Below, one piece after another: positions 10,617-20,485 of a stretch of DNA of 57,815 bases. The notes under the pieces are model-generated. The model had not been told where the DNA came from, did not search any database, and saw only the letters and a list, made by a program, of their open reading frames with translations. Made by a program: the position numbers and the translations under genes. The stretch is from IMG/VR virus record IMGVR_UViG_3300015608_002806; one strand, written 5' to 3'. Position 1 is the stretch's first letter, and every line of letters starts with the position of its first letter. The stretch comes from an uncultured virus (IMG/VR IMGVR_UViG_3300015608_002806) (taxonomy: Duplodnaviria; Heunggongvirae; Uroviricota; Caudoviricetes).

Positions 10617-11109
10617 ATTTTTTCTTTAATTTTTCATATATTTCAAATTCATTTTCATTTTCAATATTTGAAATTTCTTCAATATATTTTTGTCTATTTT
10701 TCTCATATTCAATTTTCTTAAGTTTATAATTTTCTAAGTTTTTTAAATAAATTTTTTCTAATTCAATTGATTCTTTTGTTTTTTTGTTGGAGTAAATTCT
10801 AAACATCATTGATCCATTATCAAAATCATGATATTCATCCTTTGAAAAACAAATATACAATTTATTGTTTTGATCTTTAAGATATTCATTGATTGTGCGA
10901 ATGTCTTGAGTTGCTATTTCTGTTTGTTGATAATATAAATTTAAAATATCAATTTTCATTGAGAATAATTCTTCACATTCAATCAATGGAGCAATTGGTG
11001 GATGTAAATCCATATAATTTGGATTAAAATACAATGGTAAATCCAATTTTTTTATAATTTTTTGATGAATTTCATTAGAAACATTTATTGAAATTTTTTT
11101 ATTTTTCAT
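10591..11109 (-). CDS. Hypothetical protein
   Basis: 172-aa ORF with a charged C-terminal helix. Confidence 0.65.
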   Translation of the reverse strand: MKNKKISINVSNEIHQKIIKKLDLPLYFNPNYMDLHPPIAPLIECEELFSMKIDILNLYYQQTEIATQDIRTINEYLKDQNNKLYICFSKDEYHDFDNGSMMFRIYSNKKTKESIELEKIYLKNLENYKLKKIEYEKNRQKYIEEISNIENENEFEIYEKLKKKYESNKNDN

Positions 11110-11370
11110 AATAAAACCTTTATAGTTGTATTTATTTCACAAATTTTGAAAAAATTAATCCATGCTGGAAGATGTTTTTTTAGAAATTGTGTTATTTCTG
11201 TAACTGAATTTGTTTTAAATGCTGTTTCAATATTTGAAGTTTTTCCTGGTAAAAAAATAAGGAAATCCATCACCATAATATATGTCATAAAATGCAACAT
11301 AATCTCCAACTACATAATCCAAACAATTCTCAGCACACATCAAACAATACTTTGTTATATTATTGTTCAT
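11106..11370 (-). pseudogene. Small gene apparently frameshifted at a T7 run (11251-11257)
   Basis: The frame from ATG 11370 (MNNNITKYCLMC...GFPYF) stops early; removing one T joins it to LPGKTSNIETAFK... Confidence 0.4.
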
Positions 11371-11887
11371 CTTGAATTTCCTTTTCGATTTGGTTTATTT
11401 TTTTAATATCACATTCAATTTCAAATTGAATTCTCAAAAGTTCAAGTTGATTTGTATTTAGATTTTCTTTTAAAATATTTTTTTCATGAATGAGTTTTGC
11501 AATTTTATATTTTTTTAACAAAATTGGATATTTTTCTTTTTTTTGATTATATTCAATTTGTTCTTTTTCAAATTTAGATTGTCGTCTGTCAAATTCTTTT
11601 ACTTTTTTATTATATTCTTTCTCAGACATTTCATATTCATTAAATGATATTTTGTATATAGATATTCTGTCATATCCATTTTGTTCTATTTTAAAGTTTG
11701 GATTTGATTTAAATTTTGATAATTTATCAATTAAATCATCAGCAGATAAACCATCAATATAGATGTCCTCTATAAGACTTTCTGTTTTTGTTAAAATAAT
11801 TTTTTTTGGAATTTCTGGTTTTATAGGTTCAGATGGAGGATGAGACGGACTAAACCATTGAGGGAATGTTTCCCCAAACAAATTCAT
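11360..11887 (-). CDS. Hypothetical coiled-coil protein
   Basis: 175-aa ORF with AAGGA RBS. Confidence 0.65.
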   Translation of the reverse strand: MNLFGETFPQWFSPSHPPSEPIKPEIPKKIILTKTESLIEDIYIDGLSADDLIDKLSKFKSNPNFKIEQNGYDRISIYKISFNEYEMSEKEYNKKVKEFDRRQSKFEKEQIEYNQKKEKYPILLKKYKIAKLIHEKNILKENLNTNQLELLRIQFEIECDIKKINQIEKEIQDEQ

Positions 11888-11913
11888 TTATTGTTATGTT
11901 TCCTTATTAATGA

Positions 11914-12411
11914 TTATTTAATTCTTGTTCCATTTTCCCAATATTCTTGTCTTATTATGTTTCCATCTTCATCATATCCAATAATAGCAGGACCATTTTC
12001 GTTATGTTCTTTACCATTTATATACCATGATTTATATTCAACATTTCCATTTGGATAATATCTAATAACAGCAGGACCATTCTCGTTATGACATTTATCA
12101 TTTATCCACCATGCTTTATATTTAACATTTCCATTTTTGTCATATTTAATATAAGCAGGACCATTCTCGTTATGATGTTTATTGTTTATAAACCATGATT
12201 TATATGAAATATTCCCATTTGGATAATATACAATTTGTGTTGGTTTATTTTCTTCTTCATTCTTCACCAAATCAATTGATGGCTTGTCTTCTGTCTTATT
12301 TGCATTAAAAAGATTTAATGTTGTTTTAATAATTGAAATTTGTTTATCTGATGATAAATTGTTTTCTGTTTCGTTTAAAAAATATTGAATCCATTCAGTA
12401 AAATTGTTCAT
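11914..12411 (-). CDS. MORN-variant-like repeat protein, three HNENGPA units
   Basis: Leader near-identical in DNA to that of 9638-10384. Confidence 0.85.
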   Translation of the reverse strand: MNNFTEWIQYFLNETENNLSSDKQISIIKTTLNLFNANKTEDKPSIDLVKNEEENKPTQIVYYPNGNISYKSWFINNKHHNENGPAYIKYDKNGNVKYKAWWINDKCHNENGPAVIRYYPNGNVEYKSWYINGKEHNENGPAIIGYDEDGNIIRQEYWENGTRIK

Positions 12412-12600
12412 TTTGTATCCTCTTTTGATATTATCATTATTTTAGATGATTCAGGTTGCCAATGTTGTTGTGATATACAAATATGTGAAAGATTATTTTT
12501 TTTAGAAAACATAAAAAATATCATAATCCAAAATTGATTTATATCAATAATTGCTGTACAATCAGTTCCATATTTTTGATTAACAAACTCGTTTGTCGAA

Positions 12601-13092
12601 TTATTTTGCATTGTTTGTGCTACCAAATCCACCCATTCCTCTGTCTGTATTAGATAAAAGTTCTTCTTTTACTTCGTTAAAAACTGGACTTTCAATTTTG
12701 TAAATAACAAATTGTGCAATTCTATCACCATTGCAAATAGTTTCATCTTGTTGACCTACATTAATTAGATTAACAAATACTTCATTTCTATAACCACAAT
12801 CAACAACACAAGCGCCAACAATTAATTGTTTTTTAGAAGCAATTGAAGATCTGTTTTTTATTTCCATTACATAACCAGGAGGAAATTCAAATTTTAAACC
12901 TGTTTCTAATAAAACAGATGAACCAGATTTAATAACAAAATAATCTTGATTTAAGTCTGATGGACACCAACTTAAATCATATCCTGCATCTGAGGAATGT
13001 TTTTTGTATGGTGCTTTTGAATTTTCTCTTATTTTTACAAATTTAATTAAATCTAATTTATTTTCAAAATTTTCAATGTCATTATTATCCAT
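12601..13092 (-). CDS. dut: Trimeric dUTPase
   Basis: DAGYDL, NRSS, VVDCGYRNE, GDRIAQ, RGMGGFGST. Confidence 0.95.
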   Translation of the reverse strand: MDNNDIENFENKLDLIKFVKIRENSKAPYKKHSSDAGYDLSWCPSDLNQDYFVIKSGSSVLLETGLKFEFPPGYVMEIKNRSSIASKKQLIVGACVVDCGYRNEVFVNLINVGQQDETICNGDRIAQFVIYKIESPVFNEVKEELLSNTDRGMGGFGSTNNAK

Positions 13093-14033
13093 TCATTTTT
13101 CTCCATAGTTTATATTAAAACAATAATTTTCAAAATTTATTTTTGGTGCATTCCAATTTTTTAAATATTGATTATAATCAAGTTTTAAAAAATTATCTTC
13201 GATAATATCGAAGCAAATAAAACAATTTTTTGATATGTAACAAAAATCAAAATAACCATCGTGTATATTACGTACTATGTAAATCATTTTTGATTTATTT
13301 TTTTGAGTTGCAGTAAATTATTTCTATATATGATTTTGAAATTATATAATGTGTTTTAGGATAAATTTGATAAGGTTTTTTATCTATAAATAATTTATTC
13401 TTATATATAACAATTTGTTTATTTTTAAAATAATAAACATTTTGAAATTCCGATCCTATACAATTATTCATTATAATGCTGGTAATTTTAATCATAGTTT
13501 TTTATAATAATATTTTTTAAATATTGATCTGGATTTGCTTTCCACCATTTTACATCTTGTATACTTGTAACTTTATAAAAAGATAAAGATTGTGATTTAT
13601 CTTTTTTAAGATAAAACATTAAATATGGAGGATTTTCTTTTCTAAGAAAAATATATGTCATTTTTTTAATTTTCCATAGTTTCTAACAAAATAATATATT
13701 GTTGTTTTCTGGTTTGAAAATTGTGAGTTTATCATATGATTTTCTACATATTTCAAATCTCCAAAAATAGAAATATAAATCATTTTTTTACCAAACAAAT
13801 ATCTAAAAACGGTATCTTTAGATTTGGTATTTATTAAAGTTTTAATCATATTTTGTTATAAAATAGTTATTGCTTGAAGTTTGAAATAAAAATTCATAAA
13901 AATTATCATCAGCAATTATCATATTTTTACATCCATTTATATACAATATTTTATTGTTTTTGTGAATAAAATATCTTATAATTGGTTGTAATTTTTTATT
14001 TAAAGCATTTTTAAACATTAAAGTTTGTATCAA
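13093..14033 (-). CDS. Cluster of about 5 mini-ORFs between dnaE and dut
   Basis: MIKTL/MIQTL/MIKIT starts, (R/Y)Y(F/L)...K motif, abutting junctions. Confidence 0.55.
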
Positions 14034-17023
14034 AAAATTTTCTCCATATTTTTATATGCATTAAAAATCATAATTCCTGAATCTGTATATTTTGATGCTG
14101 TTGCAATGTATCCTGCATTTTTTTGTAAATTAATATTTGTGTATCCAAACAATTTTATTGTATTATTTTTAAACGATGAATCTATCGTTTGAATTTCCAT
14201 ATATTTATTATTATTTGATTTTGATATTTTTTCTTCCATAGAAAGAATTATAAACCAAAAATGAGAATCAAGTTCATACTCAATTGCATCTGATATGGTT
14301 GGAATATTTTCTTCTTTTATTACTTTCAAAGCAGAAGCTGGAATTACCTCTGAAAGGTCGTAATATCCCATTAGGGATGATTTTTCTGCTAGTTTTTCTT
14401 CTTTTGTAAATGGTAAATGTTTGCCTTTTTCGTTTTCGATGTGTTTATCAAAATTATATTTTTTTCTCTTAGAGAGGTCTCTGACATCTGAAAGAACCAT
14501 AAACATATGTCTGTCGTTGTCAAATCTTTCATCTTGTAATGACGATAAAGCTCCACACATTGATAAAACTTTTAATTTTGTTTTATTAAGCATTCCTGGT
14601 GGTATTTTTTCATTAAAAATCAAATCTTCCAATTTAGAATAAGGTTGATTTTCAATAACCAATGGTTCCACCTTTTCTCCCAATGATTTAATCAGATTGA
14701 GAGGTGCAAAAAATTTACCATTTTTGTATTCCCATTGATTGGTAGATAAATTAATGTCTGGCAAGGAGATTTTATAACCCATCGACATTAAATTCGATAA
14801 AATTTCAGATTTTTCTTCTGCTTTGCCTTTCATTTCAAAATCAAGTGAAGCACAAATCCATTCATTTGGAAAATAATGCAACAACCATGCGCAAGCATAG
14901 CTATTGTAGCTATAAGAAATTGCGTGTGAAAAATTAAATGAATATGAAATATGGCCAAGAATTTCTTCGTGCCATAATTTTTTAGCTCTTTTTTCTGGAA
15001 TTCCTTTTTCAATGCATCTATTGATGAATTTTTCACCAACCTCAATTCGTTTCCTCTTTAATTCATCACCTAAAGAGGTTGCTGGTTTTGATAATAATTT
15101 TCTTAAATCATCAGCCTCAGAAAGAGAAAATCCAGCCAATTCATGAGCTAATTGCATAAAATTTTCTTGATAAATAATCAATCCATTGGTTGCTTTTAAT
15201 ATTTGTTCGATTAAAGGATGATCCTTTTGTTTTTCTCCATTCACAACTTCAATCCACATTTTGTCCATTCCACCATGAAGTGGTCCTGGACGATAAATAC
15301 TTGTAATTGCAGAAATATCAGTTATGCATTTGGGCTTTGATTGAGTGCAAAATTGTTGAACTCCTGATTCTGTAAATTGAAACACGTTGAAAAATTTTCC
15401 TGACCAATAAATTGATTTAAATACATTTATATCCCCCTGTCCAACAATATCTGGATGAAGATTTTCATTATAAAATTTTCTTATATTTTCAAAAGAAAAA
15501 TCTTTATTTTGATTTTTTAAAATTCTTTCAATGCATAGTTCAATAATTTTTAATGTTTTAATTGCAAGAAAATCAAATTTAATAATACCAAAATCCTCTA
15601 ATGTTCTAATTGTCAATCCTTCTGGAAATGGTGTTTGTGTTTCTCCTCCAACTCTAATCAATGGAAGATCAGCCAATTCATTGGATAACACAGCAATTCC
15701 AGAAGCATGTCTTCCCATGCTGCTGTATTGTTTAAATAATACTTTTATGCTCTCAGCAATTTCAGGGTACTTTTCAATAAATCCACTAAAAGTGGGAGAG
15801 TGCTTCATAGCATTTTCAAAATTTAATTCATATAATTTTTGATCGTTTCCAATATCTGCTAAGATTTTCCATTTTGCTTCATTTTCAATGTTTCTTGTAA
15901 CAGTATTTACTTCATCAAATGGTAAATTGTGTAATTTTGCAATTGCTTTTACTAACGATTTTAATTGATGGGTATTAAAATTGGTAATTGGTACTATTTT
16001 TTCTTCACCAAATTTTTTCCTTAAAATGTCTACAGTTTTATTCTTGTCAGAGGAATCTGAATCAATATCAACGAAGTCATTTCTGTTTTCAGAAAGAAAT
16101 CTTTCAAAGATGCAATTGTGTTTAATTGGATCAATTTGTGTTATTTCTGTAACATATGCCAATAAAGACCCACCAGAACTACCTCTTCCACAACCCAATA
16201 ATTGTTCTTTTCTAATAGCATCCATTGCATCTTTATAAATTAGAAAATATGATGAATATCCTTTTTTAGATACAACATCCAATTCTTTTTTAAGACGTTC
16301 TTTGTAAACTGTATTATTGTGCAGATTTTTTTGTTTTAATCCTTCCCACGCAAGTTCTTCTAGTTTTTGATCTGGATTTTTTACAAGGACTGGTAATTTT
16401 ACAGTTTTGTCAGATTTAATTGATTCAATTTGGTGATGAGCGATTTCATAACTTCTTTGAATTGCTTCTTTTACTAAATTTTCATCGAGTTCTGGATTGT
16501 ATTTTTTATATGTTTCATAAACTTGAGTTCCATTTTTTGGATAAAGTTCGCATTTAAGTTCATCAATGCTCTTTGGGATATCGTCCTTGGATACTTTGTA
16601 TCCTTTTGTTTGACGTGATAATAACCGATAAATTTCACGGTCCTTCCACCATTCTGGTCTGGCATAATGGGAATCTGCTGTTGCAACAACTTTAAATCCA
16701 AATTTTTTTGCAAATTTCACTAAATATTCATTTACAATTTTCTGTTGTGGCAATGCATTGAATTGAATTTCAACATATGCTCTTTCTGGTCCAAAAATAT
16801 CCAATAATGGTTTAAATTCTCTTTCAAGAGATTGAAGAATTTCAAATTCAGATTTTTCTTGATCTCTTAGGATTAAGAAGGATCCAAGTCCGGCTAGGCA
16901 ATTATGCACAAGTATACCGTTTGCAAAAAAACAATTAGTTTTATTGACTTCAATATCATACACATCGGAAATTTCTTCTATATCTTCAATAGATTCAATC
17001 TCTATTTCTTGCCAAGAATTCAT
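14030..17023 (-). CDS. dnaE: DNA polymerase III alpha, C-terminal part (IntC + C-extein)
   Basis: IntC ending FFANGILVHN, then CLAG; ATADSHY, GRGSSGGSLLAY, FERFL, DIDSD, KFDFL, FQF, RPGP, YQE, YSFNFSHA. Confidence 0.95.
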   Translation of the reverse strand: MNSWQEIEIESIEDIEEISDVYDIEVNKTNCFFANGILVHNCLAGLGSFLILRDQEKSEFEILQSLEREFKPLLDIFGPERAYVEIQFNALPQQKIVNEYLVKFAKKFGFKVVATADSHYARPEWWKDREIYRLLSRQTKGYKVSKDDIPKSIDELKCELYPKNGTQVYETYKKYNPELDENLVKEAIQRSYEIAHHQIESIKSDKTVKLPVLVKNPDQKLEELAWEGLKQKNLHNNTVYKERLKKELDVVSKKGYSSYFLIYKDAMDAIRKEQLLGCGRGSSGGSLLAYVTEITQIDPIKHNCIFERFLSENRNDFVDIDSDSSDKNKTVDILRKKFGEEKIVPITNFNTHQLKSLVKAIAKLHNLPFDEVNTVTRNIENEAKWKILADIGNDQKLYELNFENAMKHSPTFSGFIEKYPEIAESIKVLFKQYSSMGRHASGIAVLSNELADLPLIRVGGETQTPFPEGLTIRTLEDFGIIKFDFLAIKTLKIIELCIERILKNQNKDFSFENIRKFYNENLHPDIVGQGDINVFKSIYWSGKFFNVFQFTESGVQQFCTQSKPKCITDISAITSIYRPGPLHGGMDKMWIEVVNGEKQKDHPLIEQILKATNGLIIYQENFMQLAHELAGFSLSEADDLRKLLSKPATSLGDELKRKRIEVGEKFINRCIEKGIPEKRAKKLWHEEILGHISYSFNFSHAISYSYNSYACAWLLHYFPNEWICASLDFEMKGKAEEKSEILSNLMSMGYKISLPDINLSTNQWEYKNGKFFAPLNLIKSLGEKVEPLVIENQPYSKLEDLIFNEKIPPGMLNKTKLKVLSMCGALSSLQDERFDNDRHMFMVLSDVRDLSKRKKYNFDKHIENEKGKHLPFTKEEKLAEKSSLMGYYDLSEVIPASALKVIKEENIPTISDAIEYELDSHFWFIILSMEEKISKSNNNKYMEIQTIDSSFKNNTIKLFGYTNINLQKNAGYIATASKYTDSGIMIFNAYKNMEKIF
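16901..17023 (-). other. Split intein C-fragment (41 aa)
   Basis: VYDIEV (block F) and FFANGILVHN|C (block G with +1 Cys). Confidence 0.93.
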
Positions 17024-17948
17024 TTATGATCTCCATTGTTTTTCTATATTCATCTTCCCAAATTGTTATTAAATTAAATTTTCTTTTTTTTGCAATTTCT
17101 TCTTTGTGATCGTCAATTTTCCATATATAATCAACAGGTATTTCTCCCATTCTTGGTAATTTAATTAAATCACCAGTTTTATATATTTTTTTAGATGCGT
17201 GCCAATACATTCCATTGCATTCTATTAAAAGATTGTATTTAGGTATAAATAAATCATATATGTATTGATTTTTATTAAAAATTTTTTCTTCTGGAAGAAG
17301 TTTTATAGAATATTGTGTTTCAAAAATTATTGAATTTTCATTTAGAATATTTTGTATTTTTTTTTCTAATCCTGAATATTGTATTTTTTGGCTAAAAGAA
17401 CATCCAATTATGGCAATCTGTAAAATTTTTTCTTTGGCTTGTACTTCTGTCAATCCTCTTTTTGTATAAAATTCAATACAAAGAGGACTATTTTCTCTTT
17501 TGAAGTTAGAATTTTTTTGGCCAACTTTTAATGCAGCAGTGAGTTTTTGCCCCTTTTGACAGTTTTTGATTATAAAATTATTAATTTCTTCTTTTGGTGT
17601 ATTTTTTTTAAATTTAAATTGAAATCTAAAAAATAGAGGTGTTTTACTATATTTTTCAAATGAAAAATTTGTTAATTTTTTAAAATAATCGCGAATAATA
17701 TCAATATTATACAGTGGATTTAATCCATAATCTCTTACAAGCATGTCTTTTATCATTGAAAATGAATAATGTTCATTTTCAATTAAATTTTTAATTTCTA
17801 AAAAAGAAATTTTTTTATATATTTCTTCAATTTCTAATTCAAAAAGAGCTTTTCCGTGTCTTGTTAAAGAATTTTGTTTTGCGCATTTGCTTGAACATGT
17901 TTTATTTTTATCGCTTCTAGTTTGTTTTTTACATATTAGACATTCCAT
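16995..17948 (-). mobile_element. Free-standing Vsr-like homing endonuclease between the intein halves
   Basis: N-terminal CxxC...CSxxC; C-terminal YDLFIP..LLIECNGMYWH...D..K..IA....NLITIWE. Confidence 0.85.
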
Positions 17949-17955
17949 TTGTCCA

Positions 17956-17978
17956 CCCCCCTAAAATAAATAGGGGGG
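17956..17978 (-). promoter_or_regulatory. RBS-sequestering hairpin upstream of the endonuclease
   Basis: CCCCCCTA-TTTATTT-TAGGGGGG, with the G-run 8-13 nt before ATG 17948. Confidence 0.7.
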
Positions 17979-17997
17979 ATTTTAAAATAGAAAAAAA

Positions 17998-18300
17998 TTA
18001 AAGCGAAATTATTTTATCATTTTTTTGTAAAAATTGAGCTTCTATCCAGCCTCTATTTGAGGTATAAACTTTGTGGTCTGGAGTTAGCTTTAGCTCTTTG
18101 CCGCATTTTGTTTTTAGTTTTAATAAACTAGCTTTTTTTCTCGTCATTCCAGCCCAATTTATTTTTTCAAAAACTAAAGATTTTGTATCAAAATTAAAAC
18201 TTAATACAAAGATTTCTTCATTGCTTTTCCATAAATCAAAAACTTCTTTGATTGTTTTTATTCCAAAATTTGTTATTAATTCAGATTTTGGGTGCAAACA
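17998..18300 (-). other. Split intein N-fragment (100 aa)
   Basis: C1-LHPKSELIT (block A), LKLTPDHKVYT (block B TxxH), GWIEAQFL, then stop. Confidence 0.93.
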
Positions 18301-18834
18301 AGCCGAACTTATAATTAAGCCATCATTATATTTTTCCAATAAATTAAAATCTATTCTTGGATAATAATAATAATTTTGCCCAGAATGAGAAAGGGATGTT
18401 AAACTAAATAAATTTTTTAATCCAATTTGGTTTTGAGCCAGAACAACAAGATGATGTCTTCTTTTTAATGGATTAAAGTATTTTTTTTCTTTTGATTCTT
18501 CTTCAACTTCAATTGAAGATTCTGATGAATCCTCTTCTTTTTTTAATTTTTCATTTTGATCATGTTCTAATTTATCTTTTTTCCATTGTTCAATGGATGG
18601 TATTAAATAAAATTCATTTCCAAAAATTGGTTTAAAATTTATTCCTTTTTTCTTTAAATTTGATTGAGCCTGTAGCATATAAGACATAGCATTCATGTTG
18701 CCATGATCAGTAATTGCCAATGCCATAGATTCAGATTCTGCATTTTCGATAACAAATTTAAAATGATCTTCTGGATAGTTTAATCCGTCACCAATTGATG
18801 CACATGTGTGCGCATGTAGTCCAACAAATTTCAT
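17998..18834 (-). CDS. dnaE: DNA polymerase III alpha, N-terminal part (PHP N-extein + IntN)
   Basis: LHAHT.ASIGDG, AITDHG, KPIFGNE, HLVVLAQN, PRID, then SSA|CLHP. Confidence 0.95.
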   Translation of the reverse strand: MKFVGLHAHTCASIGDGLNYPEDHFKFVIENAESESMALAITDHGNMNAMSYMLQAQSNLKKKGINFKPIFGNEFYLIPSIEQWKKDKLEHDQNEKLKKEEDSSESSIEVEEESKEKKYFNPLKRRHHLVVLAQNQIGLKNLFSLTSLSHSGQNYYYYPRIDFNLLEKYNDGLIISSACLHPKSELITNFGIKTIKEVFDLWKSNEEIFVLSFNFDTKSLVFEKINWAGMTRKKASLLKLKTKCGKELKLTPDHKVYTSNRGWIEAQFLQKNDKIISL

Positions 18835-19003
18835 TTATTTTCCTTGTATATTTTGTGTATATGCGTGGGGCCACCATGATTTTTAAAAATAATATCAGGA
18901 TGCTCTGTTTTAATAAAATCCAAATGATGTTCATCTGCTCTAATATTAAAAAATAAAAAATAATATTTAATATAAAAATAACTTTTAGATAAATAAATTT
19001 GAA

Positions 19004-19201
19004 TCATTTTTTATACTCTGTGAATATTAAATTATATTTTTTTTCAAGGTCAATAAGGTTATCAAATTTGTGATGTCTTATATTAAAAACAGAATGTAAA
19101 TCTTTGTTTACAAAATAATAAAAAGAAAAAATACATATATCATATTTATAAAAATATCTTATACAAGAAGATTTTTCATGTATATAAACATAAATTTTCA
19201 T
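19004..19201 (-). CDS. Mini-ORF family member
   Basis: MKIYVYI...IRYFYK...EYKK; ATGA overlap. Confidence 0.5.
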   Translation of the reverse strand: MKIYVYIHEKSSCIRYFYKYDICIFSFYYFVNKDLHSVFNIRHHKFDNLIDLEKKYNLIFTEYKK

Positions 19202-20118
19202 TTATTTTTCCACCATTTTGGTTTTAAAACTTTTTTAATGCCTATTTTATTTTTTGAAAAAAGTTTTTTAACTGTTTGATTTTTTTGTCGCCAAAACACT
19301 TTGTTGTCTTTGCTTAAAAGTGCAGAGTATTTGTTATTTTTACTATAAAGTTCAATAAAATTTAAATAAGTTTTATGATTATCTATGGTATAAATTTTAT
19401 CCATTTGAATGGATATTTTATCAGTAAAAGACTTTTTATCAATAGCCATTTTTAATTCATAATCTTTTATTTTTTTATTTAATTTTTTTATAGACAAATA
19501 TGTTTGTTTTAATTTTATAATTTGATTATAATCTAGCATGAAAAATATGCTTTTCTTACTGAAAAAATCATATTTTTTATTTGTTGATATATTGCAAAAT
19601 TCAATATTGATATTTCTCTTTCTTTTTAGATCATTAAAAGCATTCCAGCAATCGTCGAGTGAAAAAAAATATCTTATATTAAAATATATATATTTATTTC
19701 CTGCTTGTCTAAATGAGAATTTTTTATTAAAATTTCTTATTGTTATAGCAGTTCTGATGAATTGCCATAATGGTTCTCGTCTGCTTAAGGCAACATCATC
19801 TCTAAGAGGGGCAATGTAATATATTGGAATATGTCTGATTCTAAATTTATGATCTGATCTTTGTCCTGGTCTGTAATTAATATGCAAATATTTACATTGT
19901 TCACCAATTGATTCTTTCAAAAATGGAATTATTGACTTATTTGCAATTATCCATATTTCACGACATTGAATTTGTGACATTAGCGCTACAGAATATTGTA
20001 GCAGATTTAAATATTTATTTATCGGATAAAGATAAAATGGAAACTGATCTGCAAAAGTAAAAATTGATTCACAGTCAGGTAATGGAATAATGCAAATTGG
20101 TCTTTCTATTTTTTTCAT
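19198..20118 (-). CDS. Degenerate nucleotidyltransferase-like protein
   Basis: CIIPL...YLYPI....LLQYSV.....CREIWII resembles an NTP-transferase N-terminus, but the GxGxR loop is absent. Confidence 0.45.
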   Translation of the reverse strand: MKKIERPICIIPLPDCESIFTFADQFPFYLYPINKYLNLLQYSVALMSQIQCREIWIIANKSIIPFLKESIGEQCKYLHINYRPGQRSDHKFRIRHIPIYYIAPLRDDVALSRREPLWQFIRTAITIRNFNKKFSFRQAGNKYIYFNIRYFFSLDDCWNAFNDLKRKRNINIEFCNISTNKKYDFFSKKSIFFMLDYNQIIKLKQTYLSIKKLNKKIKDYELKMAIDKKSFTDKISIQMDKIYTIDNHKTYLNFIELYSKNNKYSALLSKDNKVFWRQKNQTVKKLFSKNKIGIKKVLKPKWWKNK

Positions 20119-20485
20119 TTTAAATAAATAACAATTTGTTCGTTTGATTTTTCTTCTTTTGCATCATCGCAAAATTTTTGATCATTTTCATCTATTTGAA
20201 ATAAACTTATTTTAAAATTACTATAAATACGATCAGCAGATACAGTAATTCTAAGTTTTTTTGAAAAAATCCAAAAATCAATAAAGTTATAATGTGTAAA
20301 ACAAAAAATAGAAGTTGTGTTATTCATATATTTTTTGATAATTGTTATGAAAGTTTTTAAACTGAAAATCATCAAACTTATATTTGAAAAATTCAATTAC
20401 TGATAGTTTATCAAAAACTCCATGATATGAAAGTAAATATGAATTTTTTAATTCATAATAAAAATAAATTGTATATTTTGTTAAA

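Noticed and set aside
9638..12411. CRISPR array or diversity-generating retroelement
   Set aside because: The repeats are in-frame 84-bp coding units without unique spacers; there is no cas or reverse transcriptase gene in the window and no non-coding template copy was seen.
14830..16713. Nested - strand ORFs inside dnaE (also 9416, 33317, 36447 inside other genes)
   Set aside because: Alternative-frame by-products inside conserved genes, with no independent evidence.
16995..17997. Group I intron interrupting dnaE
   Set aside because: Only about 50 nt of non-coding DNA flank the nuclease, too little for a ribozyme core, and complete intein motifs explain the split.
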